Source: Acidobacteriota bacterium
GTDB taxonomy: Bacteria; Acidobacteriota; UBA6911; JACQSX01
Direction: 5' to 3'
DNA: 64,000 nucleotides
Assembly: GCA_036507075.1 (NCBI GenBank)
Contig: DASXQR010000083.1
Coordinates: 64,001-128,000 of the forward strand
Shown here in pieces: positions 39,825-49,273 of this stretch. The notes under the pieces were generated by a model that saw only the letters and a list, made by a program, of their open reading frames with translations, ran no database searches and had not been told where the DNA came from. The translations under genes were made by a program, and so were the position numbers. The stretch's first letter is position 1. Each line of letters opens with the position of its first letter.

Positions 39825-42245
39825 TCAGTCATCCCGCATCCTGAACACTGCGGGAGGTTGTTTCACTGCCGTGCCGTCGCCGCCTTCCCAGGGCGGGGGC
39901 ACGATGCGCACCTCTCCAAAATCCAGCGGCGGAAACTCACCCGGTCCGAACCTTGCCGGCTTGCCGGCATTTTTGGCCCTCAAAGCCTTGAGCACTTTTT
40001 CCGGAGTGATCGGGATCTCATCGATCCGAACGCCGACTGCGTCGTAGACGGCATTGCAGATTGCCGGCATGACGGGCAGCAGCGGACCCTGGCCCAGCTC
40101 CTTGGCGCCAAACGGCCCGTTTGAATCCGGAGATTCCACCAGGTAAGTCACCACGTTGCACATATCCATGGTAGTGGGGCTTTTGTAATCCAGCATCGAC
40201 GGAATCTGATGAACATTTCGCCTGAAAACCTGCTCCTCCATGAGCGCTTCGCCCAGTCCCATGTACACGCTTCCCTCTGCCTGGCCGATCGCAAGCAGGG
40301 GATTGATCGCCTGGCCGAGATCGTGAGCAATCCAGATGCAAGGCACTGTTACAATTCCTGTCTCCACATCGACGTTCACTTCTGCCACGCAGGCGGTAAA
40401 GCTGTAGGCCGGCGACGGCCCTACGCCGCCTCCTTTGTAACGGGCCGCGGACGCCGGTGGCTTGTAGCTCCCTACGGTCCCGATCGTTCCGAACATCGCC
40501 TCGGCAAGCTGCACCGCTGCGGCAAATGTGATTTCCCTGGCCGGATCTTCCGCGTCGAAAATTTTCCTGCCGCCGGCAATCAGTTGCGATTTAGGAATCT
40601 TCCACTTCACCGAAACAGCATCGAAGAGAATTGCGCGCGCGCGTTCTGCCGCCTGCACCGCTGCATTTCCCGTCATCAGCGTGACGCGGCTGGAATAGCT
40701 GCCCAAATCGACCGGCGTAAGATCCGTGTCGGCGGTCACCACTCGAATGTCCAGCGGATCAATGCCGAGAATTTCGGCGACGATATAGGCCAGCACCGAA
40801 TCGGAGCCTTGACCGATATCCGTGCTGCCGCAAAAGCAGGTGACGCCTCCAGAGCGATCCAGTTTCAATTGCACGCCGGACTGCGGCATGTCATTCCAAT
40901 AAATCGGCAATCCCGCCCCGCTGATATAGGCGCTGCAGGCCAGACCGACTCCTGCGCCCGTGGGAAGCTTCCGAAACTTCTTCGACCAGCCGGAACCTTG
41001 CAGCACTTTCTCAATGCACTCGCGCAGAGCGCACGAGCCCACGCGCATCCAGTTGGCCGTGAGTGAATGGGGCTGAACCAGGTTCTTCAACCGCAATTCC
41101 GCCGGATCTATTCCGAGCCGCTCGGCGGCTTTGTCCATCTGGATCTCCAATCCAAAGCGGGGTTGCGGCGTTCCATGGCCCCGTTTCGGCCCGCATGGCG
41201 GCTTATTTGTAAACACGCGAGCTCCGCGAAATCGATAGCGCGGAATCTGGTAGCTGACCGTTTGAAGCGCTCCCGTGTAATAGGTGCTCGCCACTCCGTA
41301 GCTCCCATAGGCGCCGCCGTCGAGAATCGTCTGGAAATCCAGGCCGGTAATCGTGCCGTCCTTATTGATCCCGAGACGCGACCGCATCAGCACCGGGTGG
41401 CGCCCGCGGTGGCAGTAAAAAACTTCTTCCCGCGTGAGCGTGATCTTCACCGGGCGCCCTGTCTTGCGCGCCAGCGCTGCGGCAACGATCTCGTGGCTGA
41501 AAGGATCGCTCTTGCCGCCAAAACCGCCGCCGTTCGGCATGGCGATGACGCGCACGTGAGCGGCCGGCATTTCCAAAACCTTTGCCACGGCACGATGCAC
41601 GTAATGCGGCGTCTGGGTTGAAGACCAGACCGTGAGCTTTCCGTCGGATTCCAGTTTTGCCGCCGCCGAATGCTGTTCCATCGGAAGGTGGGTGCTTCCC
41701 TGGTAAAAGAAGAGATCGTCCAGGACGAAGTCGGAATCGCCCAGAGCCTCCTCTACATCTCCGAACTGAAGCGCGACTTTCTTATGAATATTGCCCTCGG
41801 CGGCATAGTCATGAATTTGCGGAGATTGAGTCGCCAGCGCCTTTTCAATCGACAGAATCGGCTCCAGGGGTTCATAAGAAACTTCGATCAGGCGTGCCGC
41901 TTCTTCCGCGGTTTCTTCGTCCACGGCGGCGACAGCGGCAACCGGGTCACCTACGAAACGGACTTTATCGATGCAAAGGGCGTGCTCGTCTTCACTCACC
42001 GGCAGAATTCCAAAGGGGATGGGCAGTTCATTTCCCAGCAGGAACGCCTTTACTCCTTCCATGCGTCTGGCTCGGGACAAGTCAATTCCGCGGATCAACG
42101 CGTGGGGTTGGGTAGAGCGGACCAGTTTGGCGAAAAGCATTCGGGGGAAGAATAGATCGTCGGCAAATTTTGTCTCGCCGGTGCATTTGGCGCGAGCGTC
42201 GACTTTGGGAAGGGGTTTGCCGATGATTTTGTAGTTGGTGGTCAT
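39825..42245 (-). CDS. Xanthine dehydrogenase family Mo-binding subunit, HcrA-like
   Basis: GGGFGGK, RGHGTPQ, DIGQGS, GSYSSR and GPFGAKELG motifs. Confidence 0.9.
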   Translation of the reverse strand: MTTNYKIIGKPLPKVDARAKCTGETKFADDLFFPRMLFAKLVRSTQPHALIRGIDLSRARRMEGVKAFLLGNELPIPFGILPVSEDEHALCIDKVRFVGDPVAAVAAVDEETAEEAARLIEVSYEPLEPILSIEKALATQSPQIHDYAAEGNIHKKVALQFGDVEEALGDSDFVLDDLFFYQGSTHLPMEQHSAAAKLESDGKLTVWSSTQTPHYVHRAVAKVLEMPAAHVRVIAMPNGGGFGGKSDPFSHEIVAAALARKTGRPVKITLTREEVFYCHRGRHPVLMRSRLGINKDGTITGLDFQTILDGGAYGSYGVASTYYTGALQTVSYQIPRYRFRGARVFTNKPPCGPKRGHGTPQPRFGLEIQMDKAAERLGIDPAELRLKNLVQPHSLTANWMRVGSCALRECIEKVLQGSGWSKKFRKLPTGAGVGLACSAYISGAGLPIYWNDMPQSGVQLKLDRSGGVTCFCGSTDIGQGSDSVLAYIVAEILGIDPLDIRVVTADTDLTPVDLGSYSSRVTLMTGNAAVQAAERARAILFDAVSVKWKIPKSQLIAGGRKIFDAEDPAREITFAAAVQLAEAMFGTIGTVGSYKPPASAARYKGGGVGPSPAYSFTACVAEVNVDVETGIVTVPCIWIAHDLGQAINPLLAIGQAEGSVYMGLGEALMEEQVFRRNVHQIPSMLDYKSPTTMDMCNVVTYLVESPDSNGPFGAKELGQGPLLPVMPAICNAVYDAVGVRIDEIPITPEKVLKALRAKNAGKPARFGPGEFPPLDFGEVRIVPPPWEGGDGTAVKQPPAVFRMRDD

Positions 42246-42299
42246 AAGGAAAAAGCTTTCACCACAGAGACACAGAGGACACAGAGGCCGAGTGCCAGG

Positions 42300-42785
42300 C
42301 TAGGTGACAGGATCTAACCCTCGCATTCTCAAGGCGGCCAACTCGACGGCCTCGTAGATTTTCAGGTAACCGGTACAGCGACAGAGATTGCCCGCCAAAG
42401 CTTGTTCTATCTCTGAGCGTGAGGGCGCGGCGGTTCCTTCCAGTAATCCCCTGGCGGCAAGTAAGAATCCCGGTGTGCAGTAACCGCATTGAGCGGCCCC
42501 CAACTCAGCGAAGGCTTCCTGAAGAGGATGGAGACGGCCGGCCAGCGACATTCCCTCGATGGTGACAATTTCACAATCCTGACATTCCACGGGCAGCATC
42601 AGACAAGAGAGAACCGGCTTTCCGTCAATCAGGACAGTGCAGGTACCGCACTCGCCTACTTCACAGCCGTGCTTGGTTCCGGTAAGGCCAAGATCCTCAC
42701 GCAGCACTTCGAGAAGCGTCTTTTGCACAGGGGCGGCTACCTGGATTCCCTCTCCATTTATCTGCAGATGGAAGAGTTGTTTCAC
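42300..42785 (-). CDS. 2Fe-2S subunit, HcrC/CoxS-like
   Basis: GCEVGECGTC, QCGYCTPG, NLCRCTGY; GTG start overlaps the TetR stop. Confidence 0.92.
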   Translation of the reverse strand: MKQLFHLQINGEGIQVAAPVQKTLLEVLREDLGLTGTKHGCEVGECGTCTVLIDGKPVLSCLMLPVECQDCEIVTIEGMSLAGRLHPLQEAFAELGAAQCGYCTPGFLLAARGLLEGTAAPSRSEIEQALAGNLCRCTGYLKIYEAVELAALRMRGLDPVT

Positions 42786-43426
42786 CTCCGACGCCTCCTG
42801 TCGTTCGCGCTCTGACTTCGTGGAATCCTCCGGCGCAGCAGACCGCCGACGAGCAAGTCGGCAAACTCCCCGGCAATCTGGTCTACTGACATCGGACCGC
42901 CTGGCCGGTACCACTGCGCCGTCCAGTTAAGCGCTCCGAGAACGGCCCATGCCGCGGCGCGCACATCGCACACGCGGAAGACCCGCTCCTGAATCCCCCG
43001 TTGGATCACCCAGCGAATCAGGCGCTCGTACCGGTCGCGCTTTTTGATGATGCTGCGCAGCAGCCCGGAAGGCAGATCGCGAAAATCGATGTGTGCTGCC
43101 GAAGCCTGCATTTCATCCAGCATGCAGCCGAGCTGGGCACGGATAATTTCCCGTAACTGCGCGTCGGCCCGCTTCTCGCGCCGCAGCACCTGCCTGGCCT
43201 CGGCCAGCATCATGTTCAGCGAATATTCCTGACAGAAATAGAGAAGTTCATGTTTGGATTGAAAGTAGTAGTACAGATTCCCCTTGGTCATCTGTATCCG
43301 CTCGCCGATCTCTTTCATGGTGGACACGGCAAAACCATGCCGGCTGAATTCACGGGCCGCCGCGCGCAGAATCTCAACGCGGTTGGACTCGTAGCGCCGG
43401 TACCGGCCCCGCGATTTTGACTGCAT
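42782..43426 (-). CDS. TetR family regulator (KstR2/PaaR-like C-terminus)
   Basis: HTH TKGNLYYYFQSK; LNWTAQWYRPGG. Confidence 0.92.
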   Translation of the reverse strand: MQSKSRGRYRRYESNRVEILRAAAREFSRHGFAVSTMKEIGERIQMTKGNLYYYFQSKHELLYFCQEYSLNMMLAEARQVLRREKRADAQLREIIRAQLGCMLDEMQASAAHIDFRDLPSGLLRSIIKKRDRYERLIRWVIQRGIQERVFRVCDVRAAAWAVLGALNWTAQWYRPGGPMSVDQIAGEFADLLVGGLLRRRIPRSQSANDRRRRR

Positions 43427-43571
43427 GGTCTAATTTTAACTCTAAGGTCAAATTACACGAAGCACTTTCGACTCTCCAGTCCGAAAGTTCACAAGCTTGG
43501 TGCCTTGGTGGTAAAAGAACTTGAACCACCAAGGCACCAAGCCAGTTCCCGTCGGGGTTTTAGCCGATATC

Positions 43572-44234
43572 ATGAAACCGGATCTTTTCGCCTGGAACCC
43601 GCCGCCGCGATCGTCCTTTCTTCCCCGGGAATTGAAGCTTATAGATTCGCTGCGCACTCCGCGCCGGTTACAGCAGTGGCTGCGAGCCCTGCCTTACAAC
43701 TGGGAGAAACGACGTGAGACGCTGCGTTCCTTTCGCGAAGTGGTCCGCCTGGGCACAGCGCACTGTCTTGAAGCCGCGCTGGCGGCAGCCGTGATCCTCG
43801 AGCAGCACGGATATCCTCCGATCCTGCTCAGCTTTGAATCCGCCGACAAGCTGGACCATGTGCTTTTTGTGTTCAAGCAACGCGGAAAATGGGGCAGCGT
43901 GGCTCGATCCCGCGACGCAGGTCTGCACGGCCGCCGGCCGATGTTTCGCTCAGGCCGGCATCTGGCGTTGAACTATTTCGATACTTATGTTGACTTTACG
44001 GGCCGCATCACCGCCTACGCACTGGTGAATTTGAATTGGCTGGGAAGCTATGACTGGCGTCTCTCGAAAAAGAACATGTGGAAGGTGGAACAGTATCTGA
44101 TCGACTTTCCGCACAAGCCAATTTACTCGTCCGACCGGCGATATCAGAGACTTTTGCGCAGGTATCTCGATTTCAAGAACCGATACCCCGATCGGCAGGC
44201 TGTCTATTACCCCAGCCGCCCGCTTTGGTGGTGA
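43572..44234 (+). CDS. Hypothetical protein, transglutaminase/papain-like
   Basis: AHCLEAAL and DHVLFVF...WG suggest a Cys-His dyad. Confidence 0.65.
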   Translation: MKPDLFAWNPPPRSSFLPRELKLIDSLRTPRRLQQWLRALPYNWEKRRETLRSFREVVRLGTAHCLEAALAAAVILEQHGYPPILLSFESADKLDHVLFVFKQRGKWGSVARSRDAGLHGRRPMFRSGRHLALNYFDTYVDFTGRITAYALVNLNWLGSYDWRLSKKNMWKVEQYLIDFPHKPIYSSDRRYQRLLRRYLDFKNRYPDRQAVYYPSRPLWW

Positions 44235-44310
44235 TTGCAGATCCTGTGATCGCGCCCACTTGGAGCGGCCCCAGGAAACCTGTAAGATGAATGGGCGCCA
44301 GGAGGCCGTC

Positions 44311-44727
44311 ATGAGCCGATTCGCAATAACGCTATTACTCTTATCCCTGCTGACCTGCGGCGCTTTTGCCGATCATCGGGTCCATGGAATCCGAGGCAAA
44401 AAGGTAAAGTACACGACGGCCAATCCGAAAATAACAAAGGAAATGGCCCGGCAGGTCAAGCTTCGCGACGGCTTTGCCGCCGAGGACAAAAAAAGGGTAG
44501 TCCGGTTCGTGATTCCCCCGCGGCTGGGCGGATTGGGAGATTTCAATAATCTGCAGACGTTCAGCAAAGGGGAAGCCGAACGGCGCAAAAAAGTGGAAAA
44601 GGAAGTAATCAAGAAATTCGAAAAGGGCGAAATCTCGCTGGGCGACGCTCAGGCTCGCGTGCTTCACTGGAAGGAATACTCAACCATCCAACGCCAGCAG
44701 AAGCAGATGGTCCGAATACGACAGTAA
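44311..44727 (+). CDS. Secreted basic hypothetical protein with HNH-like remnant
   Basis: AGGAGG RBS, signal peptide, FVIPPRLGG...NNL motif. Confidence 0.7.
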   Translation: MSRFAITLLLLSLLTCGAFADHRVHGIRGKKVKYTTANPKITKEMARQVKLRDGFAAEDKKRVVRFVIPPRLGGLGDFNNLQTFSKGEAERRKKVEKEVIKKFEKGEISLGDAQARVLHWKEYSTIQRQQKQMVRIRQ

Positions 44728-44737
44728 CCTGTTCTTC

Positions 44738-45421
44738 CTATTTCTTTTGCGGGAGCTCTCTGCGAAGGAATTCTATCGTCCTTTTCCACGCATCAGCGGC
44801 TGCATCTTTGTTATAAACCTCCGAGCGCTCATCGTTGAAGAAGGCGTGCTGTACCCCAGGGTAAATATGCATCTCAGCGCGTTTTCCATTCGCTTTCAAA
44901 TCCTTCTCCAGTTGGCGGACGCTGTCGGGTGTTACAAACGTGTCTTTCTCGGCGTACAAACCCAGCACCGGCGCTTTTAAGTTCCTAATGTCCGGCTTGA
45001 CGTTGGGATGACCTCCATAAAAGACAACACAGGCGCCCACTTCAGGGTTCTTTGAGGCCGCAAACAGCGACAGCGCGCCGCCCATGCAAAACCCTACCGT
45101 CCCCACCTTATCGCTGCTCACGCGGGGATTTGCGAGCAGATAGTGAATGGCGCCTCGCAAGTCCTTCTCGGCCTCGTCGATTCGCATGCTCATCATCAGT
45201 TTGCCCGCTTCATCCGGGGACTTGGTGGATTTGCCGTGATACAGGTCAGGAGCAAGGGCAACAAACCCCTCCTGCGCGAAGCGATCTGCAACCTTCTTGA
45301 TATGGGGCACAAGACCCCACCATTCCTGAATCACGACCACACCGGGACCTTTCCCCCCGGGCAAAGCCAGGTAACCTGAAGCGTTCCGGCCGTTTGATTT
45401 GAATTGAACCAGTTCTCCCAT
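44738..45421 (-). CDS. Dienelactone hydrolase family protein
   Basis: QEWWGL, GFCMGG and HAFFN motifs. Confidence 0.93.
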   Translation of the reverse strand: MGELVQFKSNGRNASGYLALPGGKGPGVVVIQEWWGLVPHIKKVADRFAQEGFVALAPDLYHGKSTKSPDEAGKLMMSMRIDEAEKDLRGAIHYLLANPRVSSDKVGTVGFCMGGALSLFAASKNPEVGACVVFYGGHPNVKPDIRNLKAPVLGLYAEKDTFVTPDSVRQLEKDLKANGKRAEMHIYPGVQHAFFNDERSEVYNKDAAADAWKRTIEFLRRELPQKK

Positions 45422-45551
45422 GAGAGCCTCTCTGTTCTTCACATACGCCTGAATATGAGTATACTGAAAGACTTCAGGCATTCACATCTCAGGTTGTTCT
45501 GACTGCTGACGGGACGTTATGAACGCTGAAAGGTTTTAGGAGGTGGCTTCA

Positions 45552-46550
45552 ATGCTTCGAAAAGTTTCCCTGGCAATCGTGGCACTTGGCCTGTGCATCT
45601 CGCTCGCAAAGGCCGACTTTCACTACAAAGAAACAACCAAGCTGGAAGGCGGAATGCTCGGCGGAATGGTCAAAATCATGGGCCGTCTGGGCGGGCAAAA
45701 GATCGACGACGTGCCTTCTGCAATCTACATCAAAGGCGACCGGCTCCGGCGCGAGGATCCTACACACATTCAGTTGATACGGCTGGACAAGGAAGACTTT
45801 GTCGATATCAATCTCAAGGAAAAAACGTACACCATTTTGACTTTCGAGCAGATGCGGGCCCAGTTCGATGAGGCTAATCGCAAGATGCGCGACCGCCGGC
45901 CGAGTAATCAAGACCCCAACGTCACTTTGAAAATGGACTTCAAGGAAAGCGGAAAAACGGACAATGTAGCCGGCTACAGCGCGAAAGAATACATCATGGA
46001 ACTCAGGATGCGGGCAGAAGACAAAGAAAAGAACCAGTCAGCCGAAACGGTAATGAACGGCAGCGTCTGGCTCACCAAAGATGTGCAGGGCTATGATCAG
46101 GTGCGCGATTTCTACCAAAAGTTTGGCCAGAAGTTTGGGCGGGTCTTTGCCGGAATGGGACAGGCGATGGCGAACAATCCGCAGTTCGGCGAGGCGCTCC
46201 AAAAATTCGCGGCCAAGGCCCATGCAATGAACGGCGCACCCGTCCTAACAGTGATCACGTTCTCGGCTGTAGGAGATCCCAACGCACAGGCTCAGCAGGG
46301 GCAGCAACCCCAGGCGAAGGAGGGCGAAGGGGCGTCGGTACCCAGCCTCGGGAAAATCTTCGGCGGGTTCGGCAGGAAGAAAAAGGAAGACAAGAAGGCC
46401 GAGTCCCAGCCTGAATCGTCTGCCCAGCCTCCGGCAGGTGGTCTGGTGCTGTTTAAGTCGCGAACTGAAAGCCGCGACTTCTCCAACAGCCCGGTGGATT
46501 CTTCACTGTTTGACATTCCCGCCGGTTACCGGCAAATTTCAAAGCAGTAA
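45552..46550 (+). CDS. Secreted hypothetical protein (DUF4412-like)
   Basis: AGGAGG RBS, signal peptide, C-terminal FDIPAGY. Confidence 0.75.
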   Translation: MLRKVSLAIVALGLCISLAKADFHYKETTKLEGGMLGGMVKIMGRLGGQKIDDVPSAIYIKGDRLRREDPTHIQLIRLDKEDFVDINLKEKTYTILTFEQMRAQFDEANRKMRDRRPSNQDPNVTLKMDFKESGKTDNVAGYSAKEYIMELRMRAEDKEKNQSAETVMNGSVWLTKDVQGYDQVRDFYQKFGQKFGRVFAGMGQAMANNPQFGEALQKFAAKAHAMNGAPVLTVITFSAVGDPNAQAQQGQQPQAKEGEGASVPSLGKIFGGFGRKKKEDKKAESQPESSAQPPAGGLVLFKSRTESRDFSNSPVDSSLFDIPAGYRQISKQ

Positions 46551-46564
46551 AGCAGGGCCGTGGA

Positions 46565-46632
46565 GAGACGGCCTGAGGGCCGTCTCAGGGGAGTTTTACA
46601 TTTGTGAGTAGAGACGGCCTGAGGGCCGTCTC
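46565..46632. repeat. Two identical 22-bp REP hairpins GAGACGGCCTGAGGGCCGTCTC
   Basis: 46565-46586 and 46611-46632, between convergent genes; the second has a GTAG leader. Confidence 0.8.
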
Positions 46633-46645
46633 TCCGCTCCCAATT

Positions 46646-47866
46646 TCACTGGGCGTATTTTCGCTCGATCTCAGCCAAATCCTTCCTCAGGATTTCATCA
46701 GCCAGATAGCCCGGATACTCGCGAACCAGTTTTCCGTCCGGGGCAAAAAGATAGCTGGTCGGGTAAGCGAAGATTTTGTATTGCTCCTCGATTTTTCCCG
46801 CCGGGTCAAGGGCCACCGGATAATCCATCTTCATTTCCTTGATGAAAGCACGGATATCGTTCAGCTCGCTTTGTTCAGCGATTCCAATGATTTCGAAATG
46901 ACCCCTCTTTTCCTGGTAGATCTTCAGTAACCCGGGGATTTCGGCCTTGCACGGCGCGCACCAGGTCGCCCAGAAATTAACCATCACGATCTTGCCCTTG
47001 AAATCCGCCAGCCGGCGGGTAGAGCCGTCCAGAAACTCCGCCTTGAAGTCATACTTTCCAACTTTGAAATCCGCCGGCCTCAGGGAAACCGCACCGGAAC
47101 CAGAAGCGGCTGAAGTGGTCACAGTCGTTTTGGACACTGCCAGGTTTTCCAGGTTCAAAAAAGCAAGCCTGTTGGCGATCAGGGATAAATGATCGGTGAA
47201 AATCAGCACGCCGATGAACAATAGAATGACTCCACTTGCGATCTCGAGTTTTCGAAGATGAACGCGTACCTTCTTAAAAGTGGCCAGAAACTGGTTGAGA
47301 AAAAGAGCGGCCAGGATGAAACCGATCCCCAGTCCGATCGAATAGAGCGTTAGCAAGAAAACCCCCCGTGTAACAGAAGCGCTGACTGCGGCAAGAGCAA
47401 GAATACCTGCCAAGACTGGCCCCACGCACGGCGTCCAGCCGAAACCAAAGAAAATTCCCGCGGCCATGGCGCCGAGAAAACCGCCGGTCTTCTCCTGCCC
47501 GTGTATTTTTTTGTCGTAGAGAAGAAACGACAGACGGTAGACGCCGATGAGGTGAAGCCCCAGCAAAACGATAATCACGCCGGCAATTCGACCGAGCAGC
47601 TTCAAATTCTCGCGAAGAAAATTCCCCACCGTGGTTGCCGTGGCGCCCAGCGTTATAAACACAATAGAGAAACCGATCACAAAGGCTACGCTCCTGAGGA
47701 ACGCGAGCCAAACCACTTTCTGCCGCCGTTCCGAAGCGGTCAGATCCTCAAACGAGAACCCGGTAATAAAAGAAAGGTAACCCGGTACAATCGGCAGCAC
47801 GCAGGGCGACACAAACGAGAGCGCACCGGCCAGGAAGGCGGTCAAAAAGTCTATGTTCGAGCCCAT
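46646..47866 (-). CDS. CcdA/DsbD transmembrane domain fused to TlpA/ResA thioredoxin (cytochrome c biogenesis)
   Basis: SPCVLP and WTPCVGP in the TM domain; NFWATWCAPC. Confidence 0.92.
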   Translation of the reverse strand: MGSNIDFLTAFLAGALSFVSPCVLPIVPGYLSFITGFSFEDLTASERRQKVVWLAFLRSVAFVIGFSIVFITLGATATTVGNFLRENLKLLGRIAGVIIVLLGLHLIGVYRLSFLLYDKKIHGQEKTGGFLGAMAAGIFFGFGWTPCVGPVLAGILALAAVSASVTRGVFLLTLYSIGLGIGFILAALFLNQFLATFKKVRVHLRKLEIASGVILLFIGVLIFTDHLSLIANRLAFLNLENLAVSKTTVTTSAASGSGAVSLRPADFKVGKYDFKAEFLDGSTRRLADFKGKIVMVNFWATWCAPCKAEIPGLLKIYQEKRGHFEIIGIAEQSELNDIRAFIKEMKMDYPVALDPAGKIEEQYKIFAYPTSYLFAPDGKLVREYPGYLADEILRKDLAEIERKYAQ

Positions 47867-47983
47867 ATCAATCCTCTGACGCTAAATCGCGGCTTTGGTT
47901 TGACCAAAGTCCGTAACGCATAATGTCATTCAAATTCTTAGATATTTGAGAGACGATTGCAAGATTTCGTTCGTGGGGTACTT

Positions 47984-48355
47984 GTGAAGCGCGCTTACAC
48001 CATTGTCTCCTGGGTTGCGGTCGTCGTTTGGATGGGGGCGCTCTTCATCTCATCTTCCCATCCGGTGCCTGAGAAGGTCGGGCTCATTCCGGACAAGGTT
48101 CTGCACTTTGCGGCTTACTTTGCCCTCGGTCTCTTATACGTAAATGCCCTCACCAACGGTTTCGCAAAACCAATGCGTTGGCGTGAGGCACTGCTGGCCA
48201 TTGGCCTTTCCACAATCTTTGGGGTTTTTGACGAGTGGCACCAGAGTTATGTTCCCACACGATCCATGTCTTTTCTGGATGTCGTGTTCGATTTTCTGGG
48301 ATCTTCATCCGCGGCAGCCTGTTTGCTCTGCTTTAGAAGAATTCGAAACGGGTAG
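47984..48355 (+). CDS. VanZ family membrane protein
   Basis: DKVLHFAAY, DEWHQSYVPTR..S..D motifs. Confidence 0.88.
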   Translation: MKRAYTIVSWVAVVVWMGALFISSSHPVPEKVGLIPDKVLHFAAYFALGLLYVNALTNGFAKPMRWREALLAIGLSTIFGVFDEWHQSYVPTRSMSFLDVVFDFLGSSSAAACLLCFRRIRNG

Positions 48356-48365
48356 ACCGAAAGCG

Positions 48366-48600
48366 CGCGACCGTAAGCCCGGACTATTCATAAATCTTCA
48401 CCGCCAAGAACGCCAAGAGCGCTAAGAAAAGCGGCAAGGACGGGGGCTGAAAACTTGAAGCATGAAGACTACCGAGATGAAAAGAAAAGGTTAATGACCT
48501 TCATGCTTCAAGTTTTCAGCCCCCGTCCTTGCCGCTCTCTTGGCCTTCTTGGCGGTCTTCGCGTTAAGTCTTTTATGAATAATCCGGGCTTACGGTCGCG
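48366..48600. mobile_element. Nested palindromic MITE-like element
   Basis: Outer inverted repeat of about 29 bp; perfect 38-bp inner inverted repeat at 48430-48467 and 48499-48536. Confidence 0.6.
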
Positions 48601-48617
48601 GTGCGGCGGCGGCTGGA

Positions 48618-49010
48618 TCAGAAATTTGCTGCCTGCGCCTGTTGCTGCTGCTCCTCCTGCTGCTGCTCAAAGACTTCCTGGCAGGCGGTACACCGAGGCG
48701 CCCATGGAACTGCCTCCAGCCGCTTTGCGGGAATCTCCTCGCCGCAATCTTCGCACTTGCCGTATGTTCCATCATCGATACGGCGCAGGGCCGCTTCGAT
48801 GGCAACGAACTGCGCTCTTTCCACGTCGCTCAATTTATAGAGGAACTCCTTGGTGTAACTGCTCAGAGCCATGTCTCCGCTGTCGGCGGTTTCCGACCAC
48901 AAGTTCTCATCACGACCCTGATCGGTCACTCTTTGCATCTTAGCCACGATTGCCCGACGAATGCCTGTCAGATGGTGCCGGTGTTTTTCAAATTCGTTTT
49001 TCTTCTTCAT
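48618..49010 (-). CDS. dksA: DksA/TraR C4 zinc-finger regulator
   Basis: DSGDMA coiled-coil tip; YGKCEDCGEEI...RLEAVP...CTAC. Alternative start at 49019. Confidence 0.88.
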   Translation of the reverse strand: MKKKNEFEKHRHHLTGIRRAIVAKMQRVTDQGRDENLWSETADSGDMALSSYTKEFLYKLSDVERAQFVAIEAALRRIDDGTYGKCEDCGEEIPAKRLEAVPWAPRCTACQEVFEQQQEEQQQQAQAANF

Positions 49011-49061
49011 CACTTCCATCCTTCTCTCGCTCCTGCTTTTCCAAGTTGTCGTACCCAAGAA

Positions 49062-49076
49062 GCACTTTATGTGCCA
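49062..49076 (-). promoter_or_regulatory. sigma54 promoter (TGGCACATAAAGTGC)
   Basis: Perfect TGGCAC and GG-N10-GC, upstream of dksA. Confidence 0.65.
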
Positions 49077-49273
49077 CTTCGACGAAAGCACCTTCATAGG
49101 CTTGAGATTCCCGTCGGAGAGATAAGTTTTGAATATTTTTTTCCGAGAATTCGAAAGACTGGCTGTTCTGTAAATTTTTCCGTTCCAGCGGCAAAATCCG
49201 GCCCATTTAAGAAATTTTTGAAAATGTCATTTCTCGGCTCGCGGAGTATTAAAATAAGAGGAATGGAGTACGA

